A DNA stretch of 62,931 bases, counting the filler, from Octopus bimaculoides (Eukaryota), in assembly GCF_001194135.2 (NCBI RefSeq). It is 6 parts of 5 records of this genome, joined end to end, with 100 filler letters (N's around TTAATTAATTAA, not from the genome) between each part and the next. Parts side by side here need not be neighbours in the genome. Positions count along the whole stretch, not along the records: positions 1 to 27,226 come from NC_068998.1; 5 more parts are not named here. One strand, given 5' to 3'. The position numbers and the translations under genes are program-made. The notes under the pieces were generated by a model that was not told where the DNA came from, made no database searches, and was given only the letters and a program-made list of their open reading frames with translations. Of the stretch, positions 1 through 12,139 are shown one piece after another. Numbering within the stretch: the first letter of the stretch is position 1; every line of letters begins with the position of its first letter.

Positions 1-16
1 ATATATATATATATAT

Positions 17-220
17 AACATTTGCCAAGATAGATCGCAAACCACTACACACATTTTTTCTTTCCCTGTTTCTTTCTGTGTTCCTTTTTGTGGAAGAGCG
101 TAGGCTCGAAGCGTTAAAGACTTTTTCACTTCCCATGCGTTATACTAATACATCTGTTTGCTTTCTACACCACCTGTCTTCGTCTGTTGTTTTTTTATGA
201 ATTCTTCCTATATATGTATA
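17..220 (+). mobile_element. Short non-coding repeat, HHR-bearing family A, copy 1 (probably PLE-derived)
   Basis: Shares GAAGAGCGTAGGCTCGAA(A/G)CGTTAAAGA and flanks with 11985-12120 (+) and 62400-62560 (-). Folds as a degenerate minimal hammerhead at 83-120. Confidence 0.7.
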
Positions 221-279
221 TATATACATATTTACATAGACCTACATATGTTTAAAATGCACTGATAAGTAACCCTACT

Positions 280-515
280 ATAATGTGTGTGTGTGTGTGT
301 GTTTCTGTGTTTGTCCCCCACTACCGCTTGACAACCGGTGTTGGTGAGTTTACTTCCCTGTAGTCTAGCATTTCTGTAAAAGAGACCGATAGAATAAGTA
401 CCGGGCGTAAAAAAGAAAAATAAGTACTGGGGTAGATTCATTCGACTAAAAATTCTTCTCAGTGGTACCCCAGCATGGTCACAGCCTACTAACTGAAACA
501 AGTAAAGGATAAAGA
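280..515 (+). mobile_element. tRNA-derived octopus-type SINE, 3' half
   Basis: (GT)n then TTTGTCCCCCACTACCGCTTGACAACCGGTGTTGG...GAGACCGATAGAATAAGTACC...ACTGAAACAAGTAAA tail. The same body occurs reverse-complemented at 7310-7480, 9405-9520, 46900-47150 and 58930-59100. Confidence 0.8.
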
Positions 516-536
516 TGCATGTCTGCACGTGAACAT

Positions 537-537
<1 letters not shown>

Positions 538-579
<42 letters not shown>

Positions 580-615
580 CAAGAATATACAAGAATTATC
601 TATCTATCTATCTAT
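538..615. repeat. (CTAT)n microsatellite; similar tracts at 1590-1640, 53237-53292 and 56840-56980
   Basis: Directly visible tetranucleotide runs. Confidence 0.95.
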
Positions 616-1592
616 ATTTCACACGTACACACGCACGCACGCACATAGATATATGCCTGGCTACGATTAGTCTGTTGCAAAGTTTTTCGACTTTCACATA
701 TGTTATCATATGCTATTTATTACTGAAATTATATAATTCATTGTATTTATATATCAAAATAACAGAATTATATTTATACATAATGAGGATTTAAAAACCA
801 TTGCTTATGGCAATATTAACTTGCTACCTTTGAATTATTTTTATAGAACAATCTGCAGTCATTTAAATAATACCATTTGTAACTCGTTCTATTTTCAATA
901 AACTGTCTCAAATCTACAATTTTATTTTTTGCCTGTTAGATTGATTGAATTCAGCTCTAATTTAATGAACTTTGCATCACGAAAGTTATGGTATTAGATC
1001 AGGACACGCTACAAGGTCACAGGGCAAGTCAGTATTTCAATCGGTAAGAAACACTTTGATGAAAATGGTTTTAGAAATAATCATGTCTTAGTTGAATAGA
1101 CTGTTGTATATATAAATTTAAGAAAACCCATTTCTTATTTAAAATTGTTTTCTAGTAAATTTGTACAGTGTGTATTTTGTTGGAAATAACTTTCTCATCA
1201 TTTTGTTTGTAAAAGCAAATCTACAATATATTTTCACAACCTCTACACTTATTCGATGGTCAAGAAATTTCATTGAAATTTTTATTAAATCATCGCGGAC
1301 ATCTCAGACGTGATATACCATCAACTATGGGCACCGAATTCGAAGTTTAACGACATCCTTCGGTCTGGTGATGTCGCTTATAGTCCAGTGCTTTGATTTT
1401 GCACATAGTGACTATAAGGCGAATTTCTATGTCGAGACAATTTCTGCAATGAAGCTCTTTCCACGTCCAAATGTATTAAATATACGAATGTGTTAAATAT
1501 ACAGCTGTATGTCACAAAACAGTGTTTTGTGCGTCTCTATTCGGCATACATACATGTACATACACTCACATACAAAGACACGTATCTGTCTG

Positions 1593-1639
<47 letters not shown>

Positions 1640-1841
1640 CTTCTGACGGACGTGTTGTCACATCGGCTGCAGAGGTAAACCTTTTTTTGACCTTATATTG
1701 CCCACATATGGTTAAAATTCTTTCATATAATCTGTGCGAAGCACCCAAGCTTCATTTGTGTATTTTTCGAAGGGAGGAATTGGCCCATAGGGGTAGTTCC
1801 AGCCCCGTCAAAATATAAATTTTTTCTCGGCATTTGGAAAA

Positions 1842-3195
1842 ATGTCGAGAAACATTGTTTTGGAAAGCTGTTCCAGTCCGTTCTTCGAACATCACTTCCC
1901 TAGCCTTGGAACGCTAGATAAGAAAAAGAATGAAAACTGCACACGCAGACAAAAAGAAATTTCTAAGAACGTCATCAAAACAGCAACCACACATATTGAC
2001 AGCCCTCTCACCACCACCACCACCACCACCAACACCAACATGAAAGCTATGTCTGCTATGATCACCACCGGCAACAGCAGCAGCAGCAGCAACAACAACA
2101 ACAACAACAGCAACAACAGTGCATCAAAACCAGCCACGACCAAAGTCTCTGCTACTACAGCAGTCTCCACAGCTACCGACACCACCACCACCAGCGACGA
2201 CAACAACAAAACAACAAACTTTGCTGATGCACTCAGACAAAAAAAAAAAAATTTTGCACTTCACAACAAAAGAAATTCAAGAAACAAAAAAACTATTAAG
2301 CTAACAAGGACCAAAACTAAAATTAAAAATACCTCAAAAAAATCATTCATGATGTACAAAAACAAACTATCACATACAAAATTTTGAACACAAAAACAAG
2401 AAAACCAGAGCAACCAGCAACAGAAATTATTGCACAATGTTTGTATCCCATATTAGCCCACAAAAACTACATAAATTGGGGGAACAGTTTCGCCAGTGTG
2501 CAAGTTAGATCTGACAGCGAAGAGAAAGCGAAAGAGTTATCCTCGCTGACTCTTCGTTCCGAAAATATAATATTGGTGCCCACGTACCTTGGACAAAAGG
2601 TAACCAAAGTATCGATAAAAAATGTCCCTCCAGAAGTGGNNNNNNNNNNAAGAACTAAGGAAACTGTAAAAGCAAAAGACAATACAAAAACTAATTCCCC
2701 TTCTCCCACATCACATACACCACAAGCAGATAATCAACAACACACCCACTTCAACAAACAAACACACAAGCACACGACATGCCCTTACCCCCTTCCGATT
2801 CCTCAGAAGACTCGTCCGAGGACGAAAGTAGCAGTAGTGAGTGGCAAATAGAGCGAAAAGGACGGAGGAAAAGGAGTAAAGAAAGAACCAAACCAAATGC
2901 AAACACCAACAAAGCAGGGAGATATACATCTCCCGAAACCATCGTCTCCAAACATACCACAAACAACATCAACACCACAAGAACACATACAGAAAACATG
3001 CTCACAGCAATAGACACTACACACACAGAATTAATGAACTACATAAATACAAAAACAAACATAACAAAAAACCTCAAAACAAACAACCACCCATGCACGA
3101 CGCCACCTAATCATATAAAATTTTACCATATCACGCCAACATTACACCACACTTTAAAATCCCTCGGTAGGGGGATGCCAAAAATATTCAGCTAG
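1842..3195 (+). mobile_element. Degenerate non-LTR retrotransposon ORF1 (L1/Tx1-like) relic
   Basis: Frameshifted ORF chain 1842-2387, 2384-2851, 2779-3195. It includes EIIAQCL...WGNSFASVQV...LRSENIILVPTYLGQKVTKVSIKNVPPE, resembling the ORF1 RRM-like core, and an acidic/basic tail SSEDESSSSEWQIERKGRRKR. No ORF2 follows. Confidence 0.55.
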
Positions 3196-5086
3196 AAAAC
3201 TTTACAGCAGTCTCCTTAACGAACATTCAAAGGAAAAAACAACCGAACTTTCGAACGGTAAGTAACTCTCTGTCTCTATTATTTTTAAGCAGAGCGTTAC
3301 TTGCGTTAATTTCGTAAATAATTTTTTTCACTTAGTGACATTAATGCCCGAGTTTACCGTGGTCTTTTCGTAGGTTTTTCTTTCCACGGATAACGTCCCC
3401 ATTTTTTGGGATATAAAAAAAATTTTTTTTTACTTACCCCAAACGTTTTTCGATACCTTTTGATCGTTATCCCCATTTTTTCTCGTCCCCTCGAAAAGAA
3501 AAACTCTACATTGCATTTGTCCCATCTATGTTGATCCCTGTGTGGCTAATAAAGAAATCTATCTATCTATCTATATACACATATATAAATGCAACAAAAT
3601 GCAAAGGAAATTTTATATTTCTATCAATATTTATACAAATATATTCTCTTATTCTTTTATNNNNNNNNNNNNNNNNNNNNNNNNNNNNNNNNNNNNNNNN
3701 NNNNNNNNNNNNNNNNNNNNNNNNNNNNNNNNNNNNNNNNNNNNNNNNNNNNNNNNNNNNNNNNNNNNNNNNNNNNNNNNNNNNNNNNNNNNNNNNNNNN
3801 NNNNNNNNNNNNNNNNNNNNNNNNNNNNNNNNNNNNNNNNNNNNNNNNNNNNNNNNNNNNNNNNNNNNNNNNNNNNNNNNNNNNNNNNNNNNNNNNNNNN
3901 NNNNNNNNNNNNNNNNNNNNNNNNNNNNNNNNNNNNNNNNNNNNNNNNNNNNNNNNNNNNNNNNNNNNNNNNNNNNNNNNNNNNNNNNNNNNNNNNNNNN
4001 NNNNNNNNNNNNNNNNNNNNNNNNNNNNNNNNNNNNNNNNNNNNNNNNNNNNNNNNNNNNNNNNNNNNNNNNNNNNNNNNNNNNNNNNNNNNNNNNNNNN
4101 NNNNNNNNNNNNNNNNNNNNNNNNNNNNNNNNNNNNNNNNNNNNNNNNNNNNNNNNNNNNNNNNNNNNNNNNNNNNNNNNNNNNNNNNNNNATATATATA
4201 TATATATATATATACATACATGTATATATATATATATGACAGCTATACATTTCCATAGACGCATTATTCATGAAAATACATTTTCCTCTTGAAGCAGCCG
4301 CAGCCAAGATGCATTTCATCGCCCTGCGTAAAAAACTATCACACATAAGCTTTGTTAGGTCCTCAGTTTCATGTTCTGTCTCTCTGGAAATAAGTTGAAG
4401 GCAGTTGATATATGTCTGTGCTTATGGGTTTTTGTGAAAACTGACACGTACACATATCATTTCCATATATAAGCGTGTGGCGTCTGTGGCAGCCTTTACT
4501 TGAGCTACATTTATTAAAAAATAGTTATTGTGGTCAATGCATATATTCATACATTCAGTAACAGCCAGATTACCGCAACTACACAGAGACACACTCGCAC
4601 ATTCTCAGACACATTAGAAAACTTAGAGAAGAAACGGATGCTGCAAAAGATGCACACAGAAACTCATTGATAAGAAAAAAAAAATCAATTTACATATTAT
4701 CGGCATAAGTATAAACATATTTTAATGTCTATACACGGATGTCTAGCGCTCACTAACAGAAGCGATTATATATATGTATGTGTGTATGTATGTATGTATG
4801 TATGTATATATGTATGTATGTATGTATGTATGTTTGTGTGTAGGTATGTATATATGTACATGTTTACCGATATATATATATATATATATGTATGTATTTA
4901 TATATATATATACAGATACAAATGCATACATGCATATACACTCTTATTCATGCAAAAATATATCATGCATATTTATATACACGTATATATAAATTATATA
5001 CATCATCTGCAATGTACACATATGCAAGTGCATGTATAAGTATATACACACCTATCTGTATACATACATACATATACATATATATG

Positions 5087-5187
<101 letters not shown>

Positions 5188-5216
5188 GCATACGCTTGTA
5201 TCTATACGTATATCTG

Positions 5217-5253
<37 letters not shown>

Positions 5254-5699
5254 CTCTCTCTCACTCTCTTTCTTTCTCTCTCTCTCTCTTTCTCTCTTTA
5301 TATATATATAAAATATATACACATATAATATTACCGTGTGCGTGGATATGTGCGTGTATGATCGTATAAATACAGATTTCTTCACCAGAGACATGCAAAT
5401 ATTGCGAATTACACGAGTTATTTATGTGAATATGTGCCTAGAAATAGTCATTTCATAAATATTTTTCGACCGTATGTCGTCTCGTCAGAATGAACAATAT
5501 ATTGTGAGCTTACTTGATATCCCGTAAACCTATCACGTATTTTATTGCAATAGAAATAAAATCCTATCCTTCTTATTGCTTACAGTTTACATAGATTGAG
5601 ATGGACACATATGATAAACAAACAATGTTTTCGAAGTGGCATGATAATAATAGAATAGCTTCGAGCAATATAAGAGGTATCTTTGGGTAAAATAACAAA

Positions 5700-6716
5700 G
5701 AACACAATGTGTCCCGGTTAATGAAAGAAATGACTATTGTAAAGCTTCCAAAGTCAATATACTAAGTAGTTTTGTGAATAGAAACAGACACAGTATATAT
5801 TTAACAGATGAAGGACGATAGCAATGCAAATGGTTTCGTAGACAGATGAGATCAAATTGAATTGATAAGATGTGAGAATATTCTCGGACTATTGCAGGTT
5901 CAAATCGTGACAGTATATTGTCATTAGATTATAAATAAGACGCTTGAATTGCAGTTATGATGTACCATATTGAAATAAATGTCTGATATAAGAACCATAT
6001 TGTATGGTTTGTTGTTTTGTGTGTTGGGACCGTGACGTGCTCCGGATAGGAGTCTTCGATTTTGAAATGCAAATACTAGTTGTTGAAATCATTGAGTCGT
6101 AAATCAATTGTGTCTGAACTGACCTTTTGATTTTACATGTTAGGTTTGGGGGATGGGACGATACCCGTGTCCTTTGAAGTCCCTTGGCAACCGGTGTGTT
6201 TGATGTCGTGAAGTGTTATTCTGGTAACAAAGAACCACTGAGCCTGGCCAAGGTTTTGGGACGTGGTGATGCGAGATAAGATATCATTGTAGTTGTGATG
6301 GATGAAAAAAATGAAAAAAAAAAGAGAAGGAACAAACTTCCTTTGTTCGGGAGGCTTGCGCATGTCTGTTAGTAACTGAATTTCAGTCAGTTGATTGCGC
6401 CTTCTCCAGACGTGGTCCAGACGGTAAGGTATAATTTAAAGAGGATGTGTTGATATTTATATAGCTACAACACAGAGTCACCCACGTAGCCTTGCAAAAG
6501 CTTTGATTTTTGTGTATAGACTAAGTATACAACAATCAATAACGTTATATTCTTGAAACACATGACTATATCAGAGATAATCATCATCCAGATCTCAATA
6601 CTGATCTATCATACTATACTAGCACAGAGGTTTACAAACTAAAATTACTCCAACGCAGTTCTTTATCTTGCAGGAAAAGCAGACACATTAAGTTTTCTTG
6701 AAAACCACACCCTACA
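5700..6716 (-). mobile_element. Highly decayed Ty3/Gypsy 5' remnant (LTR, PBS-like site, gag/protease traces)
   Basis: Candidate LTR 6485-6716 reads TGTAGGG...GGCTAC(G) on minus and is followed by TGGGTGACTC (PBS-like). Downstream are SR-rich gag-like and IDFGSFTIVIS (protease DTG-like) traces. Confidence 0.4.
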
Positions 6717-7309
6717 GTCTTAAAAAAACAACAAAAAAAACAAAACAAAAAACACCATATGCATGGCTTTGGTTCCATTGTGCATAGGAATTGTAAATAA
6801 AGGTTTCAACAACCAGTTCTCCAGTCCAGTGATTAACGATTCCTGTCCGGCACTAACAGGCTTATACCATGTGTAAGTCGATTATAGCCGGTCTATGTTG
6901 CTACTTACCAGCTTATATATTATATGTCTGTCTACGCCAGTTGTAAGACACGATGTCAGCTACATGTCAAAATATGTGCGTCAACTACATGGCAATATAG
7001 CTATACAATATACATGATACTATGATTACATCAGTCACCCGTGGTTGTGACTTCCTCAACTATATAGCAGTCCACTACTCGATAACTAGTGTACGTTAAG
7101 CTACAACGTCGGCTACTTCACTTCCTTATAATTTCCATTTTCCTCAATATATACATCAACTACATATCGGCATCTCTACATGACGTATAGGAGTCAGTTG
7201 TATGACTTTCTGAATACATGCTTATATTGGTTGCATGTTTACTTTAGCTACTTGACTGCAGGATTACTTACATAGACGCATATTTAATATTTTGTCTGTT
7301 AATTGTCTT

Positions 7310-7472
7310 AGAATTAACTGGCCATTCTCGGGCAGCACTTTGGAGAATTTTAGTTGAGCCAATTGGCCCTGTACTTGTTTCTTCTTTAAAACTGGTACTT
7401 ATTCTAACGGTAGTTTTGCTGAACTGTTAAGTAAGGTTGTCAAGCAGTATTGGGGACAGGTACAGATAAAAA

Positions 7473-7541
<69 letters not shown>

Positions 7542-7710
7542 GGCAGGCTTCTTTCAGTTTCCTTCTACCAAATCCACTCACAAGGCCTTGGTCATCCCGA
7601 AGCTAAGTAGAAAGATACTCGCCGAAGGTACCATGCAGTGGGATTAAACCGGGAACCATGTGGCTTGAAAGCAAACTTCTTACCACACAACCATGCCTGC
7701 GCCTATGGAT
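7310..7710 (-). mobile_element. Near-full tRNA-derived SINE with internal (CA)n
   Basis: Minus strand reads tRNA-like head GTGTGGTAAGAAGTTTGC...CCCGGTTTAATCCCACTGC, then central block CCTTGTGAGTGGATTTGGTAGAAGGAAACTGAAAGAAGCC, (GT)n and the body shared with 280-515. Confidence 0.8.
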
Positions 7711-8711
7711 TTAGTCTTACAGAACAGTTAATTATTTTGAAAGAAATGTAACCTAGATGGGCTAATTCGCTCATTTATATCTCTTATAACCTTGTGAATA
7801 CACCAATGCCGCAACTTGATCTTTTGTTGTATATCAAAACTCTATTTGTTTTGAACCAACAGCTAAATTTGAAGTCAGGAATTACCAGCTTCTATTTCTA
7901 AAGGCGTTTCATATTAATTCCTGAGCCACATTTACAGGATGACGCAGTGAGAACGGACGTTTTTGAAAAATTTACGAACTCATTAATTTTAGATACAAAC
8001 AAATTTTGTAAACCAGAATTGGGGCCCATTGAGAGCCCTCGATGGACTGCGTTCATACGGGGATCAGCTGTCATCAACTCCTGCTCTATGATACCCGTTT
8101 ATCTGTTGAAAATATTAGCCACATCAATAAAATTACATTCTATCATCTTGACAAAATGTGAGGGTACATGAAATGTTTTACTCTTAGATACATTATAATT
8201 GTGGTCATAGATTTGCTTTCTGATAGCTGACTACAAGCTAAACACCAACAACAACAACATCATCAGTAACAACATCATCAACAACAACAGAGTTTCATCT
8301 TGCTTCAAGACAGCCTGGAACTATCATAGCAATAAACTAAATTCTTATGTAATTATCGTGAAGCTTAAAGAGTGAATAGATAGCTAAGTCGCATACCAAA
8401 GTTGAAAACTTCAACATGATCTTTGCCATTGGAACTTGCTGTTTACTTGGAAATATATTGAAGTTTCTGTTCCGTAGAAGTAAGTTGAAAGCAAACACAA
8501 GCTTTAAGTGTGTTGAATGTAACAAATTAAATAAGTTATTAACACTTCAAAGATTTCAAGAAGAGTATTAAAATCATCATAGACAGATTTCTTTTCACAT
8601 TTTCAAGCTGAGCATATCACTAAAATTCAATTTAGAGGGAGTGGGGTTAACACTACCTATTCTAACAAAAATTTAAGGCAATATGTATGAATAGACGCAC
8701 ACACACACACA

Positions 8712-8756
<45 letters not shown>

Positions 8757-8839
8757 GCGCACACACACACAGCCACATACATACGTACGTATGAACATAC
8801 ATACATGCATAGACGCATGCATACATACATACGTACAAT

Positions 8840-8877
<38 letters not shown>

Positions 8878-9294
8878 ACGCATATATGCATATTTATATA
8901 CGAAGATACTTTATTGCATAGTTAAGTTGTAAAATGTAGTCGTAATTTGAAAAGAGCAGAAATATTTAGTGAGCAGTAATTGTAAATCAATTAATGAAAT
9001 CTGCATTCTGGCGATTTATAAGGACGATAAGCATTTCGTAATATAAAACCTAGCTGTATATAATCATCAGGAATTAGGATGGAAGAGAAAGAGTATGGAG
9101 ACATCATTCTAAAACAAAAATCTGTAAATGTCATTCGCAACTGTGTAAGTAATAATACATTATTTGTGGTTGAATGGTTTGATTTATGCTAGTATTACAA
9201 AGTGCCTGGGAAGAATAGATAATGTATGAATATATTTATAAATTCACACGTGCACATACACTTAATTTCTATCTCTCTCTGTCTCTTTTTTCTA

Positions 9295-9327
<33 letters not shown>

Positions 9328-9404
9328 ATGATTGTTTCCTGGAATGCGGGTATGATGGAGCAATGCCTTGTGTTTTATTTGAGTAAGTGCACACTGCTAC
9401 TACT

Positions 9405-9520
9405 TCTTTCCCTCTCCTTCCAACTTGGTACATTTTTATCAGTCTATTTGTCGAACAGCCAAGTTATGGAGAGAGTAAAATCACCAACACCGGTTGTCAA
9501 GCGGTGGTGGAGGATGAGTC
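9405..9520 (-). mobile_element. SINE body fragment
   Basis: CACCAACACCGGTTGTCAAGCGGTGGTGG is the reverse complement of the SINE body at about 318-345. Confidence 0.7.
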
Positions 9521-9572
9521 AAAAGTCACATACTTGTATATATGTATATGTATATGTATATATGTATATATG

Positions 9573-9617
<45 letters not shown>

Positions 9618-10189
9618 NNNNNNNNNNNNNNNNNNNNNNNNNNNNNNNNNNNNNNNNNNNNNNNNNNNNNNNNNNNNNNNNNNNNNNNNNNNNNNNNNNN
9701 NNNNNNNNNNNNNNNNNNNNNNNNNNNNNNNNNNNNNNNNNNNNNNNNNNNNNNNNNNNNNNNNNNNNNNNNNNNNNNNNNNNNNNNNNNNNNNNNNNNN
9801 NNNNNNNNNNNNNNNNNNNNNNNNNNNNNNNNNNNNNNNNNNNNNNNNNNNNNNNNNNNNNNNNNNNNNNNNNNNNNNNNNNNNNNNNNNNNNNNNNNNN
9901 NNNNNNNNNNNNNNNNNNNNNNNNNNNNNNNNNNNNNNNNNNNNNNNNNNNNNNNNNNNNNNNNNNNNNNNNNNNNNNNNNNNNNNNNNNNNNNNNNNNN
10001 NNNNNNNNNNNNNNNNNNNNNNNNNNNNNNNNNNNNNNNNNNNNNNNNNNNNNNNNNNNNNNNNNNNNNNNNNNNNNNNNNNNNNNNNNNNNNNNNNNNA
10101 TATATATATATATATATATATACATACATATACATATAGAAGCACTTCCCAGAGACACATAGATACAGGTATTTATCTAACAAGCCCAA

Positions 10190-10900
10190 CCTAAGAGTCT
10201 CCTCTATCTGTGCTCCTAACATAAAAAAGTATTTTAACAAACAAACAAAACAAGTGAGGAGGCAGATTGCTCTTTCAGGATATAGAATAACTGTCCAGTA
10301 GGATGCCGATCCGAGGCCGAAGGATTCATCTATGAAGGTATGGTGACACGTAGACCTGTCATCCGCATTACCAGAAATGATGGCACCGGAGGTGATGACA
10401 GTAGCAGATTAACCAGCTGATTAACCATTGACCCCAGTACAATCGCCGCAGCCAGTAATGATGACCAGTGCAGGACCAGCAACACAGTGGAGGTAACCTA
10501 GAACCCCATTACTACCACCACAGACGATAACCAAACCATTATTATCTGAATTATTGGAGTGACCGGACATGCACCGTATGTTACCACCAGCCGTACCCAC
10601 ACTAGAGCCGGTAGGGACGTTTTGTCACGTCCCTGGCCAGTCATGTGTGGCACTTCAGAGATCAAGGGATCCCATATTATATCAGGTGGAAGATCATTGA
10701 ACATGCATGCCCATCTTTTAATGGGAGCATGCGATGCAAAGTATGTATCGCAGAGAGAAACAAAATTCTAAAGTACTATGCTAAGGCTGGGAAGTTAAAT
10801 AATCGTGAAGAAGTTTTCTACAAAACCTGTTCCTTTCAAGCAATACCTTCTGGAAAATTGGATCTTCCAGTTTGCTGATTACGCTACTATGAGACGGTAA
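10190..10900 (+). mobile_element. Penelope-like element C-terminal GIY-YIG endonuclease relic
   Basis: Translates to SICAPNIKKYFN, NNCPVGC...FIYEGMV (GIY), IIGVT (YIG), TSLASHVWHFRD...IRWKII...CKVCIAERNKI...LNNREE. This is the linker plus EN motif order of PLEs, with stops and one frameshift. Confidence 0.8.
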
Positions 10901-11011
10901 AGGTTTTGATTGCAGCACTGGTCCAGGTGAAATACCCGTCATCATTTAACGTTTATATAGCTCAGCCGTTTTCTCACGCCTGCGTGGTGAAAAGTTAAAT
11001 TTGTTTTTGTA

Positions 11012-11075
11012 TAGTGTCTAATGAGCTGTCCACAAGTCTGGAGCTTTCGTGGATACAAAATCATTGGTCACTCTA
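11012..11075 (+). ncRNA. Degenerate type I hammerhead ribozyme downstream of the PLE endonuclease
   Basis: TAGTGT CTAATGA GC TGTCCAC..GTGGATA C AAAA TC ATT GG TC ACTCTA. Stems I, II and III and a GUC triplet are present, with two core G-to-A changes (G5, G12). Confidence 0.55.
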
Positions 11076-11147
11076 TGACCAGAGTTTAACTTTTGCTGTT
11101 AATTCTCACCGTTCTATTCTGTTGAGTTCGCTTTTTTCTGGTATATG

Positions 11148-11179
<32 letters not shown>

Positions 11180-11880
11180 NNNNNNNNNNNNNNNNNNNNN
11201 NNNNNNNNNNNNNNNNNNNNNNNNNNNNNNNNNNNNNNNNNNNNNNNNNNNNNNNNNNNNNNNNNNNNNNNNNNNNNNNNNNNNNNNNNNNNNNNNNNNN
11301 NNNNNNNNNNNNNNNNNNNNNNNNNNNNNNNNNNNNNNNNNNNNNNNNNNNNNNNNNNNNNNNNNNNNNNNNNNNNNNNNNNNNNNNNNNNNNNNNNNNN
11401 NNNNNNNNNNNNNNNNNNNNNNNNNNNNNNNNNNNNNNNNNNNNNNNNNNNNNNNNNNNNNNNNNNNNNNNNNNNNNNNNNNNNNNNNNNNNNNNNNNNN
11501 NNNNNNNNNNNNNNNNNNNNNNNNNNNNNNNNNNNNNNNNNNNNNNNNNNNNNNNNNNNNNNNNNNNNNNNNNNNNNNNNNNNNNNNNNNNNNNNNNNNN
11601 NNNNNNNNNNNNNNNNNNNNNNNNNNNNNNNNNNNNNNNNNNNNNNNNNNNNNNNNNNNNNNNNNNNNNNNNNNNNNNNNNNNNNNNNNNNNNNNNNNNN
11701 NNNNNNNNNNNNNNNNNNNNNNNNNNNNNNNNNNNNNNNNNNNNNNNNNNNNNNNNNNNNNNNNNNNNNNNNNNNNNNNNNNNNNNNNNNNNNNNNNNNN
11801 NNNNNNNNNNNNNNNNNNNNNNNNNNNNNNNNNNNNNNNNNNNNNNNNNNNNNNNNNNNNNNNNNNNNNNNNNNNNNNNN

Positions 11881-11911
<31 letters not shown>

Positions 11912-11984
11912 GAATATATATAGTTATATGTATGTGTATAGCCGCAAATGTTTGACCTCTAGCTCCAAAAGCTTTTTTATTCTC

Positions 11985-12120
11985 TATGATTATTCCCTAG
12001 AGTTCCTTTCTGTTGAAGAGTGTAGGCTCGAAACGCAAAAGATTTTATCACCTTCCTGGGCGTTAAAGTAATACACCTGTCTGTTGTCTTCGTCTTTTGT
12101 TTTTCTGTAAATTTCAACTA
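11985..12120 (+). mobile_element. HHR-bearing family A, copy 2
   Basis: CTTT CTGTTGA A GAGT GTAG GCTC GAAA CGC A AAAGA at about 12005-12042. The flanks match 17-220. Confidence 0.7.
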
Positions 12121-12139
12121 TATACATATATATATGTAT

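Noticed and set aside
1440-1490. FGRGKSFIAE on minus resembles a P-loop
   Set aside because: It lacks the first Gly of GxxxxGKS, is flanked by stops and has no Walker B.
3528-4346. Long ORFs spanning N gaps (also 9.2-10.2, 11.0-12.0, 24.8-26.3, 34.7-35.3, 52.0-53.4 and 61.7-62.4 kb)
   Set aside because: They are open only because N codons are not stops; the flanks are (TA)n/(CA)n translations.
6780-7290. Recurring (CA/G)CTACA(T) words suggesting an ancient minisatellite
   Set aside because: Spacing is irregular and I could not define a unit by eye.
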